A stretch of DNA of 64,000 bases. Source: Eledone cirrhosa. Lineage: Eukaryota. The position numbers and the translations under genes were made by a program. The stretch covers positions 7,688,001 to 7,752,000 of the forward strand of contig OZ024743.1 in assembly GCA_964016885.1 (NCBI GenBank), read 5' to 3'. Positions 1 through 18,000 of this stretch are shown piece by piece (within the stretch, counting starts at the first letter, position 1; every line of letters begins with the position of its first letter). Below the pieces are notes generated by a model. The model was not told the DNA's origin. It made no database searches and worked only from the letters and a program-made list of their open reading frames with translations.

Positions 1-3000
1 ATAATCTACCTCATCTAATACTAAAATCTACCTCATCTTATACTATAATCTACCACATCTAATATTATGATCTACCACATCTAATACTATAATCTACCCC
101 ATCTAATACTATAATCTACCTCATCTAATACTATAATCTACCTCATCTAATACTATAATCTACTCCATCTAATACTATACTCTACCCCAACTAATACTAT
201 AATCTACCTCATCTAATATAATCTACCTCATCTAATACTATAATCTACCACATCTAATACTATAATCTACATTATCTAATACTATAATCTACCTCATCTA
301 ATATATTCTACCTCTTCTAATACTATAATCTACCTCATCTAATACTATAATCTACTCCATCTAATACTATAATCTACCTCGTCTAATACTATAATTTACC
401 TCATCTAATAATATAATCTACCTCATCTAATACAATAATCTACCTCATCTAATATAATCTATCTCATCTAATACTATAATCTACCTCACCTAATACTATA
501 ATCTACCCCATCTAATATAATATCTACCACATCTAATACTATAATATACCCCATCTAATACTACATTCTACCTAATCTAATGCTATAATCTACCACATCT
601 AATAATATAACCTACAGATCTAATACTATAATCTACCTCATCTAATATAATCTACCTCAAGTAATACTATAATCTACCTCATTTAATATAATCTACCTCG
701 TCTAATACTATAATCTACGTCATCTAATACTATAATCTACCCTATCTAATATAATATCAACCAAATCTAATACTATAACCTACGTCATCTAATACTATAA
801 TCTACCCCATCGACTATAATCTACTACATCTAATACTATAATCTACGTCATCTAATACTATAATCTACCCAATCTAATATAATCTACGACATCTATTACT
901 ATAATCTAACTCATCTTATATAATCTACCACATCTCATACTATAATCTACCACATCCAATATAATCTAGCTCATCTAAAACTATAATCTACCTCGTCTAA
1001 TACTATAATCTACCTCATCTAATATAATCTACCTCATCTAATATAATCTACCTAATATAATACTATAATCTACCTAAACTTATACTATAATCTATTTCAT
1101 CTAATACTATAATCTACCTCGTCTAATACTATAATCTACCTCATGTAATAATATAATCTACCTCATCTAATATAATCTACCCCATGTAATACTACATTCT
1201 ACCCCATCTAATACTATAATCTACCTCATCTAATACTATAATCTACTCCATCTAATACTATTATCTACCCCATCTAATACTATAATCTGCCCCATCTAAT
1301 ACTATAATCTACCTCATCTAATACTATAATCTACCCCATCTAATACTATAATCTACCTCATCTAATAATATAATCTACCCCATTTAATATTATAATCTAC
1401 CCCATCGAATAATATAAGCTACCTCATCTAATACTATAATCTACCCTATCTATTACTATAATCTACCTCATCTAATACTATAATCTACCTCATCTAATAC
1501 TATAATCTACCTCATCTAAAACTATAATCTACGTCATCTAATACTATAATCTACCTCATCTAATACTATAATCTACCTCATCTAATATAATCTACGTCAT
1601 CTATTACTATAATCTACCTCATCTAATACTATAATCTACCTCATCTAATACTATAATCTACCTCATCTAAAACTATAATCTACGTCATCTAATACCATTA
1701 TCTACGTCATCTAATTCTATAATCTACCTCATGTAATATAATCTACCTCATATAATACTACAATCTACCTCATCTAATACTATAATCTATCACCTCCAAT
1801 ACTATAATCTACCACATTTAATACTATAATCTACCTCATCTAATACTATAATCTACATCATGTAATATAATCTACCACATCTAATACTATAATCTACCTC
1901 ATCTAATACTATAATCTACCCCATCTAATACTATATTCTAACCCCAACTAATACTATAATCTACCCCATCTAATACTATAATCTACCTCATCTAATACTA
2001 TAATCTACTCCATCTAATACTATAATCTACCCCAACTAATACTATAATCTACTCCATCAAATACTATAATCTACCTCATCTAATATAATATCTACCACAT
2101 CTAATACTATAATATACCCCATCTAATACTACATTCTACCTCATCTAATGCTATAATCTACCCCATCTAATAATATAATCTATCTCATCTAATACTATAA
2201 TCTACCCCATCTAATACTACCTTCTACCTCATCTTATACTATAATCTACCTCATCTAATACTATAATCTACCTCATCTAATACTATAATCTACCTCATCT
2301 AATACTATAATCTACCTCATCTAATACTATAATCTACCTCATCTAATATAATCTACCACATAACATACTATAATCTACCACATCCAATATAATCTAGCTC
2401 ATCTAAAACTATAATCTACCTCATCTAATACTATAATCTACCCCATCTAATATAACATCAACCACATCTAATACTATAATCTACCCCTAATAATACTACA
2501 TTCTATATCATTTAATACTATAATCTACCCTATCTAATACTATAATCTACCCCAGCTTATACTACTATCTACCCCATCTAATACTATAATCTACCACATC
2601 TAATACTATAATCTACCTCATCTAATACTATAATCTACCTCATCTAATACTACAATCTACCTCATCTAATACTATAGTCTATCCCATCTAATACTATAAT
2701 CTACCACATCTAATACTATAATCTACCTCATCTAATACTATAATCTACCCCAACTAATACTATAATCTACTCCATCTAATACTATAATCTACCTCATCTA
2801 ATATAACCTACTCCATCTAATACTATAATCTACCCCATCTAATATAATCTACCACATCTAATACTATAATCTACGACATCTAATACTATAATCTACCCAA
2901 ACTAATATAATGTACCACATCTAATACTATAATCTACCTCATCTCATACTATAATCTACCTTGTCTAATATAATCTAGCTCATCTAAAACTATAATCTAC

Positions 3001-6000
3001 CTCGTCTAATACTATAATCTACCTCATCTAATACTATAATCTACCTCATCTAATACTATAATCTACCCCATCTAATACTATAATCTAGCTCATCTAATAC
3101 TACAATCTACTCCATCTAATACTATAATCTACCCCATCTAATACTATAATCTATCCCATCTAATAATATAATCTACCTCATCTAATATTCTAATCTACCT
3201 CATCTATTACTATAATCTACCCCATCTAATACTATAATCTATCCCAACTAATACTATAATCTACTACATCTAATACTATAATCTACTTCATCTAATATAA
3301 TCTACTCCATCTAATTCTATAATCTAACTCATCTAATAATACAATCTACCCCAAGTAATACTATAATCTACCACATCTAATACTATAATCTACCCCATCT
3401 AATACTACAATCTACCCCATCTAATACTACAATCTACCCCATCTAATACTATAATCTACCACATCTAATACTATAATCTACCCCATCTAATACTACAATC
3501 TACCCCATCTAATACTATAATCTACCACATCTAATACTATAATCTACCTCATCTAATACTATAATCTACTCCATCTAATACTATAATCTACCACATCTAA
3601 TACTATAATCTACCTCATCTAATACTATAATATACTCCATCTAATACTATAATCTACCTCATAAATACTATAATCTCCCTTTTCTAATACTACATTCTAC
3701 CTCATCTAATATTATAATCTACCTCATCTAATACTATAATCTACCTCATCTAATACTATAATCTACCCCATCTAATACTATAATCTACCACATCTTATAC
3801 TATAATCTACCACATCTAATACTATAATCTACCTCATCTAATACTATAATCTACCTCATCTAATACTATAATCTACCTCTTCTAATATTATAATCTACGC
3901 CATCTAATATAATCTACGACATCTATTACTATAATCTACCCTATCTAATACTATAATCTACCTCATCTAATACTAAAATCTACCTCATCTAATACTATAA
4001 TCTACCTCATCTAATACTATAATCTACTTCATCTAATACTATAATCTACCTCTTCTAATACTATAATCTACCCCCTCTCTAATACTATAATCTATCACAT
4101 CTTATACTATAATCTAGAACATCTAATACTATAATCTACCTCATCTAATACTATAATCTACCTCATCTAATACTATAATCTACCTCTTCTAATATTATAA
4201 TCTACGCCATCTAATATAATCTACGACATCTATTACTATAATCTACCCTATCTAATACTATAATCTACCTCATCTAATACTAAAATCTACCTCATCTTAT
4301 ACTATAATCTACATCATCTAATACTATAATCTACCTCATCTAATACTAAAATCTACCTCACTTATACTATAATCTACCACATCGAATACTATAATCTACC
4401 ACATCTAATATTATAATCTACCCCATCTAATACTATAATCTACCTCATCTAATACTATAATCTACCCCAACTAATACTATAATCTACTCCATCTAATACT
4501 ATAATCTACCTCATCTAATATAATCTACCTCATCTAATACTATAATCTACCACATCTAATACTATAATCTACCTTTTCTAATACTATAATCTACATCATC
4601 TAATATAATCTACCTCTACTAATACTATAATCTACCTCATCTTATACTATAATCTACCTCATCTAATACTATAATCTACCTCATCTAATATAATATCTAC
4701 CACATCTAATACTATAATATACCCCATCTAATACTACATTCTACCTCATCTAATGCTATAATCTACCCCATCTAATACTACCTTCTACCTCATCTTATAC
4801 TATAATCTACCTCATCTAATACTATAATCTATCTCATCTAATACTATAATCTACCCCATCTAATACTACCTTCTACCTCATCTTATACTATAATCTACCT
4901 CATCTAATACTATAATCTACCTCATCTAATACTATAATCTACCTCATCTAATACTATAATCTCCCTCATCTAATACTATAATCTACCTCATCTAATAATA
5001 TAATCTACCTCATCTAATACTATAATCTACCTCATCTAATATAATCTACCTCATGTAATACTATAATCTACCCCGTCTAATACTATAATCTACCTTATCT
5101 AATATAATCTACCTCGTCTAATACTATAATCTACCTCATCTAATACTATCATCTACCTCATCTAATATAATATCAACCAAATCTAATACTATAACCTACG
5201 TCATCTAATACTATAATCTACCTCATCTAATATAATCTACCTCATCTAATATAATCTACCTCATCTAATATAATCTACCCCATCTAATATAATCTACCAC
5301 ATCTAATACTATAATCTACCTCATCTAATATAATCTACCTCATGTAATACTATAATCTACCCCGTCTAATACTATAATCTACCTTATCTAATATAATCTA
5401 CCTCGTCTAATACTATAATCTACCTCATCTCATACTATAATCTACCTCATCCAATATAATCTAGCTCATCTAAAACTATAATCTACCTCGTCTAATACTA
5501 TAATCTGCCTCATCTCATACTATAATCGACCTCATCTAATATAATCTACCCCATCTAATACTATTATCTACCGCATCTAATACTATAATCTACCTCATCT
5601 AATACTATAATCTACCTCATCTAATACTATAATCTACCTCATCTAATACTACAATCTACCTCATCTAATACTATAATCTAGCCACTCTAATATTATAATC
5701 TACCTCATCTAATACCATAATCTACTCCATCTAATACTATAATCTACCCCATCTAATATAATCTACCACGTCTAATACTATAACCTACGTCATCTAATAC
5801 TATAATCTACCCAATCTAATATAATCTACGACATCTAATACTATAATCTACTTCATCTAATATAATCTACCTCATCTAATACTATAATCTACCTCATCTA
5901 ATACTATAATCTACCTCATCTAATATAATCTAACTCATTTAATACTATAATCTACCTCATCTAATACTAAAATCTACCCCATCTAATATAATATCTACCA

Positions 6001-9000
6001 CATCTAATACTATAATCTACCCCTTCTAATACTACATTCTACCTCATTTAATACTATAATCTATCCTATCTAATACTATAATCTATCTCATCTAATACTA
6101 TAATCTACACCATCTACTACTACAATCTACCCCATCTAATACTACAATCTACCCCATCTAATACTATAATCTACCTCATCTAATACTACAATCTACCTCA
6201 TCTAATACTATAACCTATTCCCTCTAATACTATAATCTACCACATCTAATACTATAATCTACCTCATCTAATACTATAATCTACCCCATATAATACTATA
6301 ATCTAGCACATCTAATACTATAATCTACCTCATCTAATACTATAATCTACCTCATCTGATACTATAATCTACCTCATCTAATACTATAATATACCTCATC
6401 TAATACTATAAACTACCTCATCTAATACTATAAACTACCTCATCTAATACTATAATCTACCTCATGTAATACTATAATCTACCTCATCTAATACTATAAT
6501 CTACCTCATCTAATACTATAATCTACCCCATCTAATATAACATCAAACACATCTAATACTATAATCTACCCCTAATAATACAACATTCTATATCATTTAA
6601 TACTATAATCTACCCTATCTAATACTATAATCTACCCCAGCTAATACTACAATCTACCCCATCTAATACTATAATCTACCACATCTAATACTATAATCTA
6701 CCTCATCTAATACTATAATCTACCTCATCTAATACAACAATCTACCCCATCTAATACTATAATCTACCCCAACTAATACTATAATCTACTCCATCTAATA
6801 CTAAAATCTACCTCATCTAATATAACCTACTCCATCTAATACTATAATCTACCCCATCTAATATAATCTACCACATCTAATACAATAATCTATGACATCT
6901 AATATTATAATCTACCCAAACTAATATAATGTACCACATCTAATATTATAATCTACCTCATCTCATACTATAATCTACCTTGTCTAATATAATCTAGCTC
7001 ATCTAAAACTATAATCTACCTCGTCTAATACTATAATCTAGCTCATCTAATACTACAATCTACTTCATCTAATACTATAATCTACCCCATCTAATACTAT
7101 AATCTATCCCATCTAATAATATAATCTACCTCATCTAATATTCTAATCTACCTCATCTATTACTATAATCTACCCCATCTAATACTATAATCTATCCCAA
7201 CTAATACTATAATCTACTACATCTAATACTATAATCTACCTCATCTAATATAATCTACTCCATCTAATTCTATAATCTAACTCATCTAATAATACAATCT
7301 ACCCCAAGTAATACTATAATCTACCACATCTAATACTATAATCTACCCCATCTAATACTACAATCTACCCCATCTAATACTACAATCTACCCCATCTAAT
7401 ACTATAATCTACCACATCTTATACTATAATCTACCCCATCTAATACTACAATCTACCCCATCTAATACTATAATCTACTCCATCTAATACTATAATCTAC
7501 CACATCTAATACTATAATCTACCTCATCTAATACTATAATCTACTCCATCTAATACTATAATCTACCTCATCAATACTATAATCTCCCTTTTCTAATACT
7601 ACATTCTACCTCATCTAATATTATAATCTACCTCAACTAATACTATAATCTACCTCATCTAATACTATAATCTACCACATCTAATACTATAATCTACCAC
7701 ATCTTATACTATAATCTACCACATCTAATACTATAATCTACCTCATCTAATACTATAATCTACCTCTTCTAATATTATAATCTACGCCATCTAATATAAT
7801 CTACGACATCTATTACTATAATCTACCCTATCTAATACTATAATCTACCTCATCTAATACTAAAATCTACCTCATCTAATACTATAATCTACCTCATCTA
7901 ATACTATAATCTACCTCATCTAATACTATAATCTACCTCTTCTAATACTATAATCTACCCCATCTAATACTATAATCTACCACATCTTATACTATAATCT
8001 ACCCCATCTAATACTATAATCTACCACATCTTATACTATAATCTACCACATCTAATACTATAATCTACCTCATCTAATACTATAATCTACCTCATCTAAT
8101 ATTATAATCTACCTCATCTAATACTATAATCTGCCTCTTCTAATATTATAATCTACGCCATCTAATATAATCTACGACATCTATTACTATAATCTACCCT
8201 ATCTAATACTATAATCTACCTCATCTAATACTAAAATCTACCTCATCTTATACTATATTCTACCACATCTAATACTATAATCTACCACATCTAATACTAC
8301 AATCTAACCCATCTAATACTATAATCTACCTCATCTAATACTATAATCTACCCCAACTAATACTATAATCTACTCCATCTAATACTATAATCTACCTCAT
8401 CTAATATAATCTACCTCATCTAATACTATAATCTACCACATCTAAAACTATAATCTACCTTTTCTAATACTATAATCTACCTCATCTAATATAATCTACC
8501 TCTACTAATACTATAATCTACCTCATCTTATACTATAATCTACCTCATCTAATACTAGAATCTACCTCATCTAATATAATATCTACCACATCTAATACTA
8601 TAATATACCCCATCTAATACTACATTCTACCTCATCTAATGCTATAATCTACCCCATCTAATAATATAATCTACCTCATTTAATACTATAATCTACCTCA
8701 TCTAATATAATCTACCTCATGTAATACTATAATCTACCCCGTCTAATACTATAATCTACCTTATCTAATATAATCTACCTCATCTAATACTATAATCTAC
8801 CTCATCTAATACTATAATCTACCTCATCTAATATAATCTACCTCATCTAATATAATCTACCTCATCTAATATAATCTACCCCATCTAATATAATCTACCA
8901 CATCTAATACTATAATCTACCTCATCTAATATAATCTACCTCATGTAATACTATAATCTACCCCGTCTAATACTATAATCTACCTTATCTAATATAATCT

Positions 9001-12000
9001 ACCTCGTCTAATACTATAATCTACCTCATCTCATACTATAATCTACCTCATCCAATATAATCTAGCTCATCTAAAACTATAATCTACCACGTCTAATACT
9101 ATAATCTGCCTCATCTCATACTATAATCGACCTCATCTAATATAATCTACCCCATCTAATACTATTATCTACCGCATCTAATACTATAATCTACCTCATC
9201 TAATACTATAATCTACCTCATCTAATACTATAATCTACCTCATCTAATACTACAATCTACCTCATCTAATACTATAATCTAGCCCCTCTAATATTATAAT
9301 CTACCTCATCTAATACTATAATCTACTCAATCTAATACTATAATCTACCTCATCTAATATAATCTACACCATCTAATACTATAATCTACCCCATCTAATA
9401 TAATCTACCACATCTAATACTATAATCTACGTCATCTAATACTATAATCTACCCAATCTAATATAATCTACGACATCTAATACTATAATCTACCTAATCT
9501 AATATAATCTACCACATCTAATACTATAATCTACCTCATCTCATACTATAATCTACCTTGTCTAATATAATCTAGCTCATCTAAACTATAATCTACCTCA
9601 TCTAATACTATAATCTGCCTCATCTCATACTATAATCTACCTCAACTAATATAATCTACCCCATCTAATACTATTATCTACCGCAACTAATACTATAATC
9701 TACCTCATCTAATATAATCTACTTCATCTAATACTATAATCTACCTCATCTAATACTATAATCTACCTCATCTAATACTATAATCTACCTCATGTAATAA
9801 TATAATCTACCTCATCTAATATAATCTACCCCATGTAATACTACATTCTACCTCATCTAATACTATAATCTACCTCATCTAATATAATCTACCTCATCTA
9901 ATACTATAATCTACCCCATCTAATACTATAATCTACCTCAGTAATACTATAATCTACCTCATATAATATTATCTACCTCACCTAATATTATAATCTACCT
10001 CATCCATTACTATAATCTACCCCATCTAATACTACATTCTACCTCATCTAATACTATAATCTACCTCATCTAATACTATAATCTACCTCATCTAATACTA
10101 TAATCTACCTCATCTAATACTATAATCTACCTCATCTAATACTATAATCTAACATGTCTAATACTATAATCTACCTCATCAAATAATATAATCTACCTCA
10201 ACTAATACTATAATCTACCTGATCTAATATAATCTACCTCATGTAATACTATAATCTACCTCATCTAATACTATAATCTACCCCATCTAATATAATATCT
10301 ACCACATCTAATACTATAATCTACCCCTTCTAATACTACATTCTATATCATTTAATACTATAATCTACCCTATCTAATACTATAATCTATCTCATCTAAT
10401 ACTATAATCTACCCCATCTAATACTACAATCTACCCCATCTAATACTATAATCTACCACATCTAATACTATAATCTATCTCATCTAATACTATAATCTAC
10501 CTCATCTAATACTACAATCTACCTCATCTAATACTATAATCTATCCCCTCTAATACTATAATCTACCACATCTAATACTATAATCTACCTCATCTAATAC
10601 TATAATCTACCCCAACTAATACTATAATCTACTCCATCTAATACTATAATCTACCTCATCTAATATAATCTACTCCATCTAATACTATAATCGACCCCAT
10701 CTAATATAATCTACTCCATCTAATACTATAATCGACCCCATCTAATATAATCTACTACATCTAATACTATAATCTACCTCATCTAATATAATCTACTCCA
10801 TCTAATACTATAATCTACCTCATCTAATACTATAATCTACCCCAACTAATACTATAATCTACTCCATCTAATACAATAATCTACCTCATCTAATATAATC
10901 TACGTCATCTAATACTATAATCTACCTTGTCATATATAATCTAGCTCATCTAAAACTATAATCTACCTCGTCTAATACTATAATCTACCTCATCTAATAC
11001 TATAATCTACCTCATCTAATACTATAACCTACCCCATCTAATACTATAATCTAGCTCATCTAATATTACAATCTACTCCATCTAATACTATAATCTACCC
11101 CATCTAATACTATAATCTACCCCATCTAATAATATATTCTACCTCATCTAACATTCTAATCTACCTCATCTAATACTATAATCTACCCCATCTAATACTA
11201 TAATCTATCCCAACTAATACTATAATCTACTACATCTAATACTATAATGTACCTCATCTAATATAATCTACTCCATCTAATTCTATAATCTACCTCATCT
11301 AATACTATGATCTACCCCATTTAATCCTATAATCTACCACATCTAATACTATAACCTACCTCATCTAATACTATAATCTACACCATCTAATACTATAATC
11401 TACCCCATCTAATACTATAATCTAACCCAACTAATACTATAATCTTCTCCATCTAAAACTATAATCTACCTTGTCTAATACAATAATCTACCTCATCTCA
11501 TACTTTAATCTACCTCATCTAATATAATCTACCTTATCTAATACTATTATCTACCCCATCTAATACTATAATCTAGCTCATCTAATAATACGATCTACCC
11601 CATCTAATACTATACTCTACCCTGTCTAATACTATAATCTACCCCGTCTAATACTATAATCTACCGCATCTAATACTATAATCTACCTCCTGTAAAATAA
11701 TATACCTCATCTATTACTATAATCTAGCTCATCTAATACTATAATCTACCACATCTAATACTATAATCTACCTTATCTAATACTATAATCTACCTCACCT
11801 AATATAATCTACCTCATCTAATACTATAATCTACCTCATCTAATACTATAATCTACTCCATCTAATACTACAATCTACCTAGTTTAATACTATAATCTAC
11901 CTCATCTAATACTATAATCTACCTCATCTAATACTATAATTTACCTCATCTAATATAATCTACCTCATCTAATACTATAATCTACCTCATCTAATACTAT

Positions 12001-15000
12001 AATCTACCTCATCTAATAGTATAATCTACCTCATCTAATACTATAATCTACCTCATCTAATATAATCTACCTCATCTAATACTATAATCTACCCCATCTA
12101 ATACTATAATCTACCTCAACTAATACTATAATCTACCTCATCTAATATAATCTACCTCATCTAATACTATAATCTACCTCATCCATTACTATAATCTACC
12201 CCATCTAATAATATAATACCTACCACATCTAATACTATAATCTACCCCATCTAATACTACATTCTACCTCATTTAATACTATAATCTACCCTATCTAATA
12301 CTATAATCTATCTCATCTAATACTATAATCTACCCCATCTAATACTACAATCTACCCCATCTAATACTACAATCTACCCCATCTAATACTATAATCTACC
12401 ACATCTAATACTATAATCTATCTCATTTAATACTATAATCTGCCCCATTTAATACTATAATCTACCTCATCTAATACTATAATCTACACCAACTAATACT
12501 ATAATCTACCTCATCTAAAACTATAATCTACCTCATCTAATACTATTATCTACTGCAACTAATACTATATTCTACCTCGTCTAATTGTATAATCTACCAC
12601 ATCTAATACTATAATCTAGCTCATCTAATACTACAATCTACGCCATCTAATACTATAATCTACCCCGTCTAATACTATAATCTACCCCAACTAATACTAT
12701 AATCTACCCCATCTAATATAATATCTACCACATCTAATACTATAATCTACCCCATCTAATACTATAATCTACCCCATCTAATACTACATTCTACCTCATC
12801 TAATACTATAATCTACCCCATCTAAAACTATAATCTACCTCATCTAATACTATTATCTACTGCAACTAATACTATATTCTACCTCGTCTAATTGTATAAT
12901 CTACCACATCTAATACTATAATCTAGCTCATCTAATACTACAATCTACGCCATCTAATACTATAATCTACCCCGTCTAATACTATAATCTACCCCAACTA
13001 ATACTATAATCTACCCCATCTAATATAATATCTACCACATCTAATACTATAATCTACCCCATCTAATACTACATTCTACCTCATCTAATACTATAATCTA
13101 CCCCATCTAATACTACAATCTATCTCATCTGATACTATAATCTACCCCATCTAATACTACATTCTACCTCATCTAATACTACATTCTACCTCATCTAATA
13201 CTATAATCTACCTCATTCAATACTATAATCTACCTCATCTAATACTATAATCTACCTCATCTAATACTATAAACTACCCCATCTAATATAATATCTACCA
13301 CATCTAATACTATAATCTACCCCATCTAATACTATAATCTACCCCATCTAATCCTACCTTCTACCTCATTTAATACTATAATCTACCCTATCTAATATTA
13401 TAATCTATCTCATCTAATACTATAATCTACCCCATCTAATACTACAATCTACCCCTAATAATACTATAATCTACCACATCTAATACTATAATCTACCTCA
13501 TATAATACTATAATCTACTGCATCTAATACTATAATCTAACCCCAACTAATACTATTATCTTCTCCATCTAATACTATAATCTGCCTCTATTCATACTAT
13601 AATCTACCTCATCTAATATAATCTACCCCATCTAATACTATAATCTACCCCGTCTAATACTATAATCTCCCTCATCTAATACTATAATCTACCTCATCTA
13701 AAAATATAATCTACCTCATCTTATATAATCTACCTCATCTAATAATATAATCTACCTCATCTAATATAATCTACCTCATCTAATACTATAATCTACCTCA
13801 TATAATACTATAATCTATCTCATCTAATACTATAATCTACCTCATCTAATACTATAATCTACCTCATATAATACTATAATCTACCTCGACTAATACTATA
13901 ATCTACCACATCTAATAATATAATCTACCTCATCTAATATAATCTACCTCGTCTAATACTATAATCTACCTCATCTAATACTATAATCTACCTCATCTAA
14001 TATAATCTACCTCATCTAATACTAAAATCTACCTCATCTAATATATTCTACCTCATGTAATCCTATAATCTACCTCATCTAATACTATAATCTACCTCAT
14101 CTAATGCTATAATCTACCTCGATAATAATATAATCTACCTCATCTAATACTATAATCTACCTCATCTAATATAATCTACCTCATCTAATACTATTATCTA
14201 TCACAACTAATACTATAATCTACCTCAACTAATATAATCTACCTGATCTAATACTATTATCTACTGCAACTAATTCTATAATCTACACCATCTAATAATA
14301 TAATCTACCTCATCTAATACTATAATCTACCCCATCTAATACTATAATCTACCCCATCTAATACTACATTCTACCTCATCTAATACTATAATCTACCTCA
14401 TCTAATACAATAATCTACCTCATCTAATACTATAATCTACCTCATCTAATACTATAATATACCTCAACTAATACTTTAATCTAACACGTCTAATACTATA
14501 ATCTACCTCATCTACTAATATAATCTACCTCATGTAATACTATAATCCACCTCATCTAATACTATAATCTACCTCATATAATACTATAATCCACCTCATC
14601 TAATACTATAATCTACCTCATCAATACTATAATCTCCCTTTTCTAATACTACATTCTACCTCATCTAATACTATAATCTACCTCATCTAATACTATAATC
14701 TACCCCATGTAATACTATAATATACCACATCCTATACTATAATCTACCACATCTAATACTATAATCTACCTCATCTAATACTTTAATCTACCTCATCTAA
14801 TACTATAATCTACCTCTATAAATATTATAATCTACCCCATCTAATATAATCTACGACATCTATTACTATAATCTACCCTATCTAATACTATAATCTACCT
14901 CAACTAATACTATAATCTACCTCATCTAATACTATAATCTACCTCATCTAATATTATAATCTACCTCATCTAAAACTATAATCTACCTCATCTTATACTA

Positions 15001-18000
15001 TAATCTACCTCATCTAATACTATAATCTACCCCATCTAATATAATCAACTACATCTAATACTATAATCTACCTCGTCTAATACTATAATCTACCTCATCT
15101 AATAATATAATCTACCTCATCTAATACTATAATCTACCTCATCTAATATAATCTATCTCATCTAATACTATAATCTACCTCACCTAATACTATAATCTAC
15201 CCCATCTAATATAATATCTACACCATCTAATACTACATTCTACCTCATCTAATACTATAATCTACCCCATTTAATACTATAATCTATCTCATCTAATACT
15301 ATAATCTACCCCATCTAATACTACATTCTACCTCATATAATATAATCTACCTCGTCTAATACTATAATCTACCTCATCTAATACTATAATCTACGCCATC
15401 TAATATAATATCAACCACATCTCATACTATAATCTACCCCATCTAATACTATAATCTACCCCATCTAATACTATAATCTACCCCATCTAATACATCTAAT
15501 AGTATAATCTACCTCATCTAATAGTATAATCTAACTCATCTAATAGTATAATGTACCTCATCTAATACTATAATCTACCACATCTAATACTATAATCTAC
15601 CTCATCTAATACTATAATCTACCTCATCTAATATAATCTACCTCATCTAATTCTATAATCTACCCCATCTAATACTATAATCTACGCCATCTAATACTAT
15701 AATCTACCTCATCTAATACTATAATCTACCCCAACTAATACTATAATCTACTCCATCTAATACTATAATCTACCTCATCTAATATAATCTACCTCATATA
15801 ATACTATAATGTATTACATCTAATACTATAATTTACCTTATCTAATACTATAATCTACCTCATCTAATATAATCTACCTCTTCTAATACTATAATATACC
15901 TAATCTAATACTACAATCTCCTCCATCTAATACTATAATCTACCTTGTCCAATACTATAATCTACCTCATCTAATAATATAATCTACCTCATCTAATACT
16001 ATAATTTACCTCATCTAATATAATCTACCTCTCCTAATACTATAATCTACCTCACCTAATACTATAATCTACCCCATCTAATATAATATCTACCACATCT
16101 AATACTATAATATACCCCATCTAATACTACATTCTACCTCATCTAATACTATAATCTACCTCATCTAATACTATAATCTACCTCATCTAATACTATAATC
16201 TACCTCATCTAATACTATAATCTACCTCATCTAATACTATAATCTGCCTCATCTAATAATATAATCTACCTCATCTAATACTATAATCTACCTCTGTAAT
16301 ATAATCTACCCCATGTAATACTATAATCTACCCCATCTAATACTATAATCTACCTCATCTAATATAATCTACCTCGTCTAATACTATAATCTACCTCATC
16401 TAATACTATAATCTACCCCATCTAATATAACATCAACCACATCTAATACTATAATCTACCCTATCTAATACTACATTCTACCTCATTTTATACTATAATC
16501 TACCCTATCTAATACTATAATCTACCTCATCTAATACTATAATCTACCTCATCTAATACTATAATCTACCTCATCTAATACTATAATTTGCCTCATCTAA
16601 TAATATAATCTACCTCATCTAATACTATAATCTACCTCTGTAATATAATCTACCCCATGTAATACTATAATCTACCCCATCTAATACTATAATCTACCTC
16701 ATCTAATATAATCTACCTCGTCTAATACTATAATCTACCTCATCTAATACTATAATCTACCCCATCTAATATAACATCAACCACATCTAATACTATAATC
16801 TACCCTATCTAATACTACATTCTACCTCATTTTATACTATAATCTACCCTATCTAATACTACATTCTACCTCATTTAATACTATAATCTACCCCATTTAA
16901 TACAATATTCTACCTCATCTAATACTATAATCTATTCCATCTAATACTACAATCTACCCCAATAATACTATAATCTACCACATCTAATACTATAATCTAC
17001 CCCATCTAATACTATAATCTACCTCATCTAGTACTATAAAATACCCTATCTAATACTATAATCTACCCCATCTAATACTATAATCTACCACATCGTATAC
17101 TATAATCTACCACATCTAATACTATAATCTACCTCAACTAATACTATAATCTACCTTATCTAATACTATAATCTACCTCATCTAATAATATAATCTACCT
17201 CATCCAATACTATAATCTACACTATCTAATACTATAATCTACCTCATCAATACTATAATCTCCCTTATCTAATACTACATTCTACCTCATCTAATACTAT
17301 AATCTACCTCATCTAATACTATAATCTACTCCATCTAATACTATAATCTATCACATCTTATACTATAATCTACCACATCTAATACTATAATCTACCTCAT
17401 CTAATACTATAATCTACCTCATCTAATAATATAATCTACCTCTATAAATATTATAATCTACCCCTTCTAATATAATCTACGACATCTATTACTATAATCT
17501 ACCCTATCTAATACTATAATCTACCTCAACTAATACTATAATCTACCTCATCTAATACTATAATCTACCTCATCTAATACTATAATCTACCTCATCTAAT
17601 ACTATAATCTACCTCATCTTATACTATAATCTACCTCATCTAATACTATCATCTACCCCATCTAATACTATAATCTACCTCATCTAGTACTACAAAATAC
17701 CCCATCTAATACTATAATCTACCCCATCTAATATAATATCTACCACATCTAATACTATAATCTACCCCATCTAATACTACATTCTACCTCATCTAATACT
17801 ATAATCTACCCCATCTAATACTACAATCTATCTCATCTGATACTATAATCTACCCCATCTAATACTACATTCTACCTCATCTAATACTACATTCTACCTC
17901 ATCTAATACTATAATCTACCTCATTCAATACTATAATCTACCTCATCTAATACTATAATCTACCTCATCTAATACTATAAACTACCCCATCTAATATAAT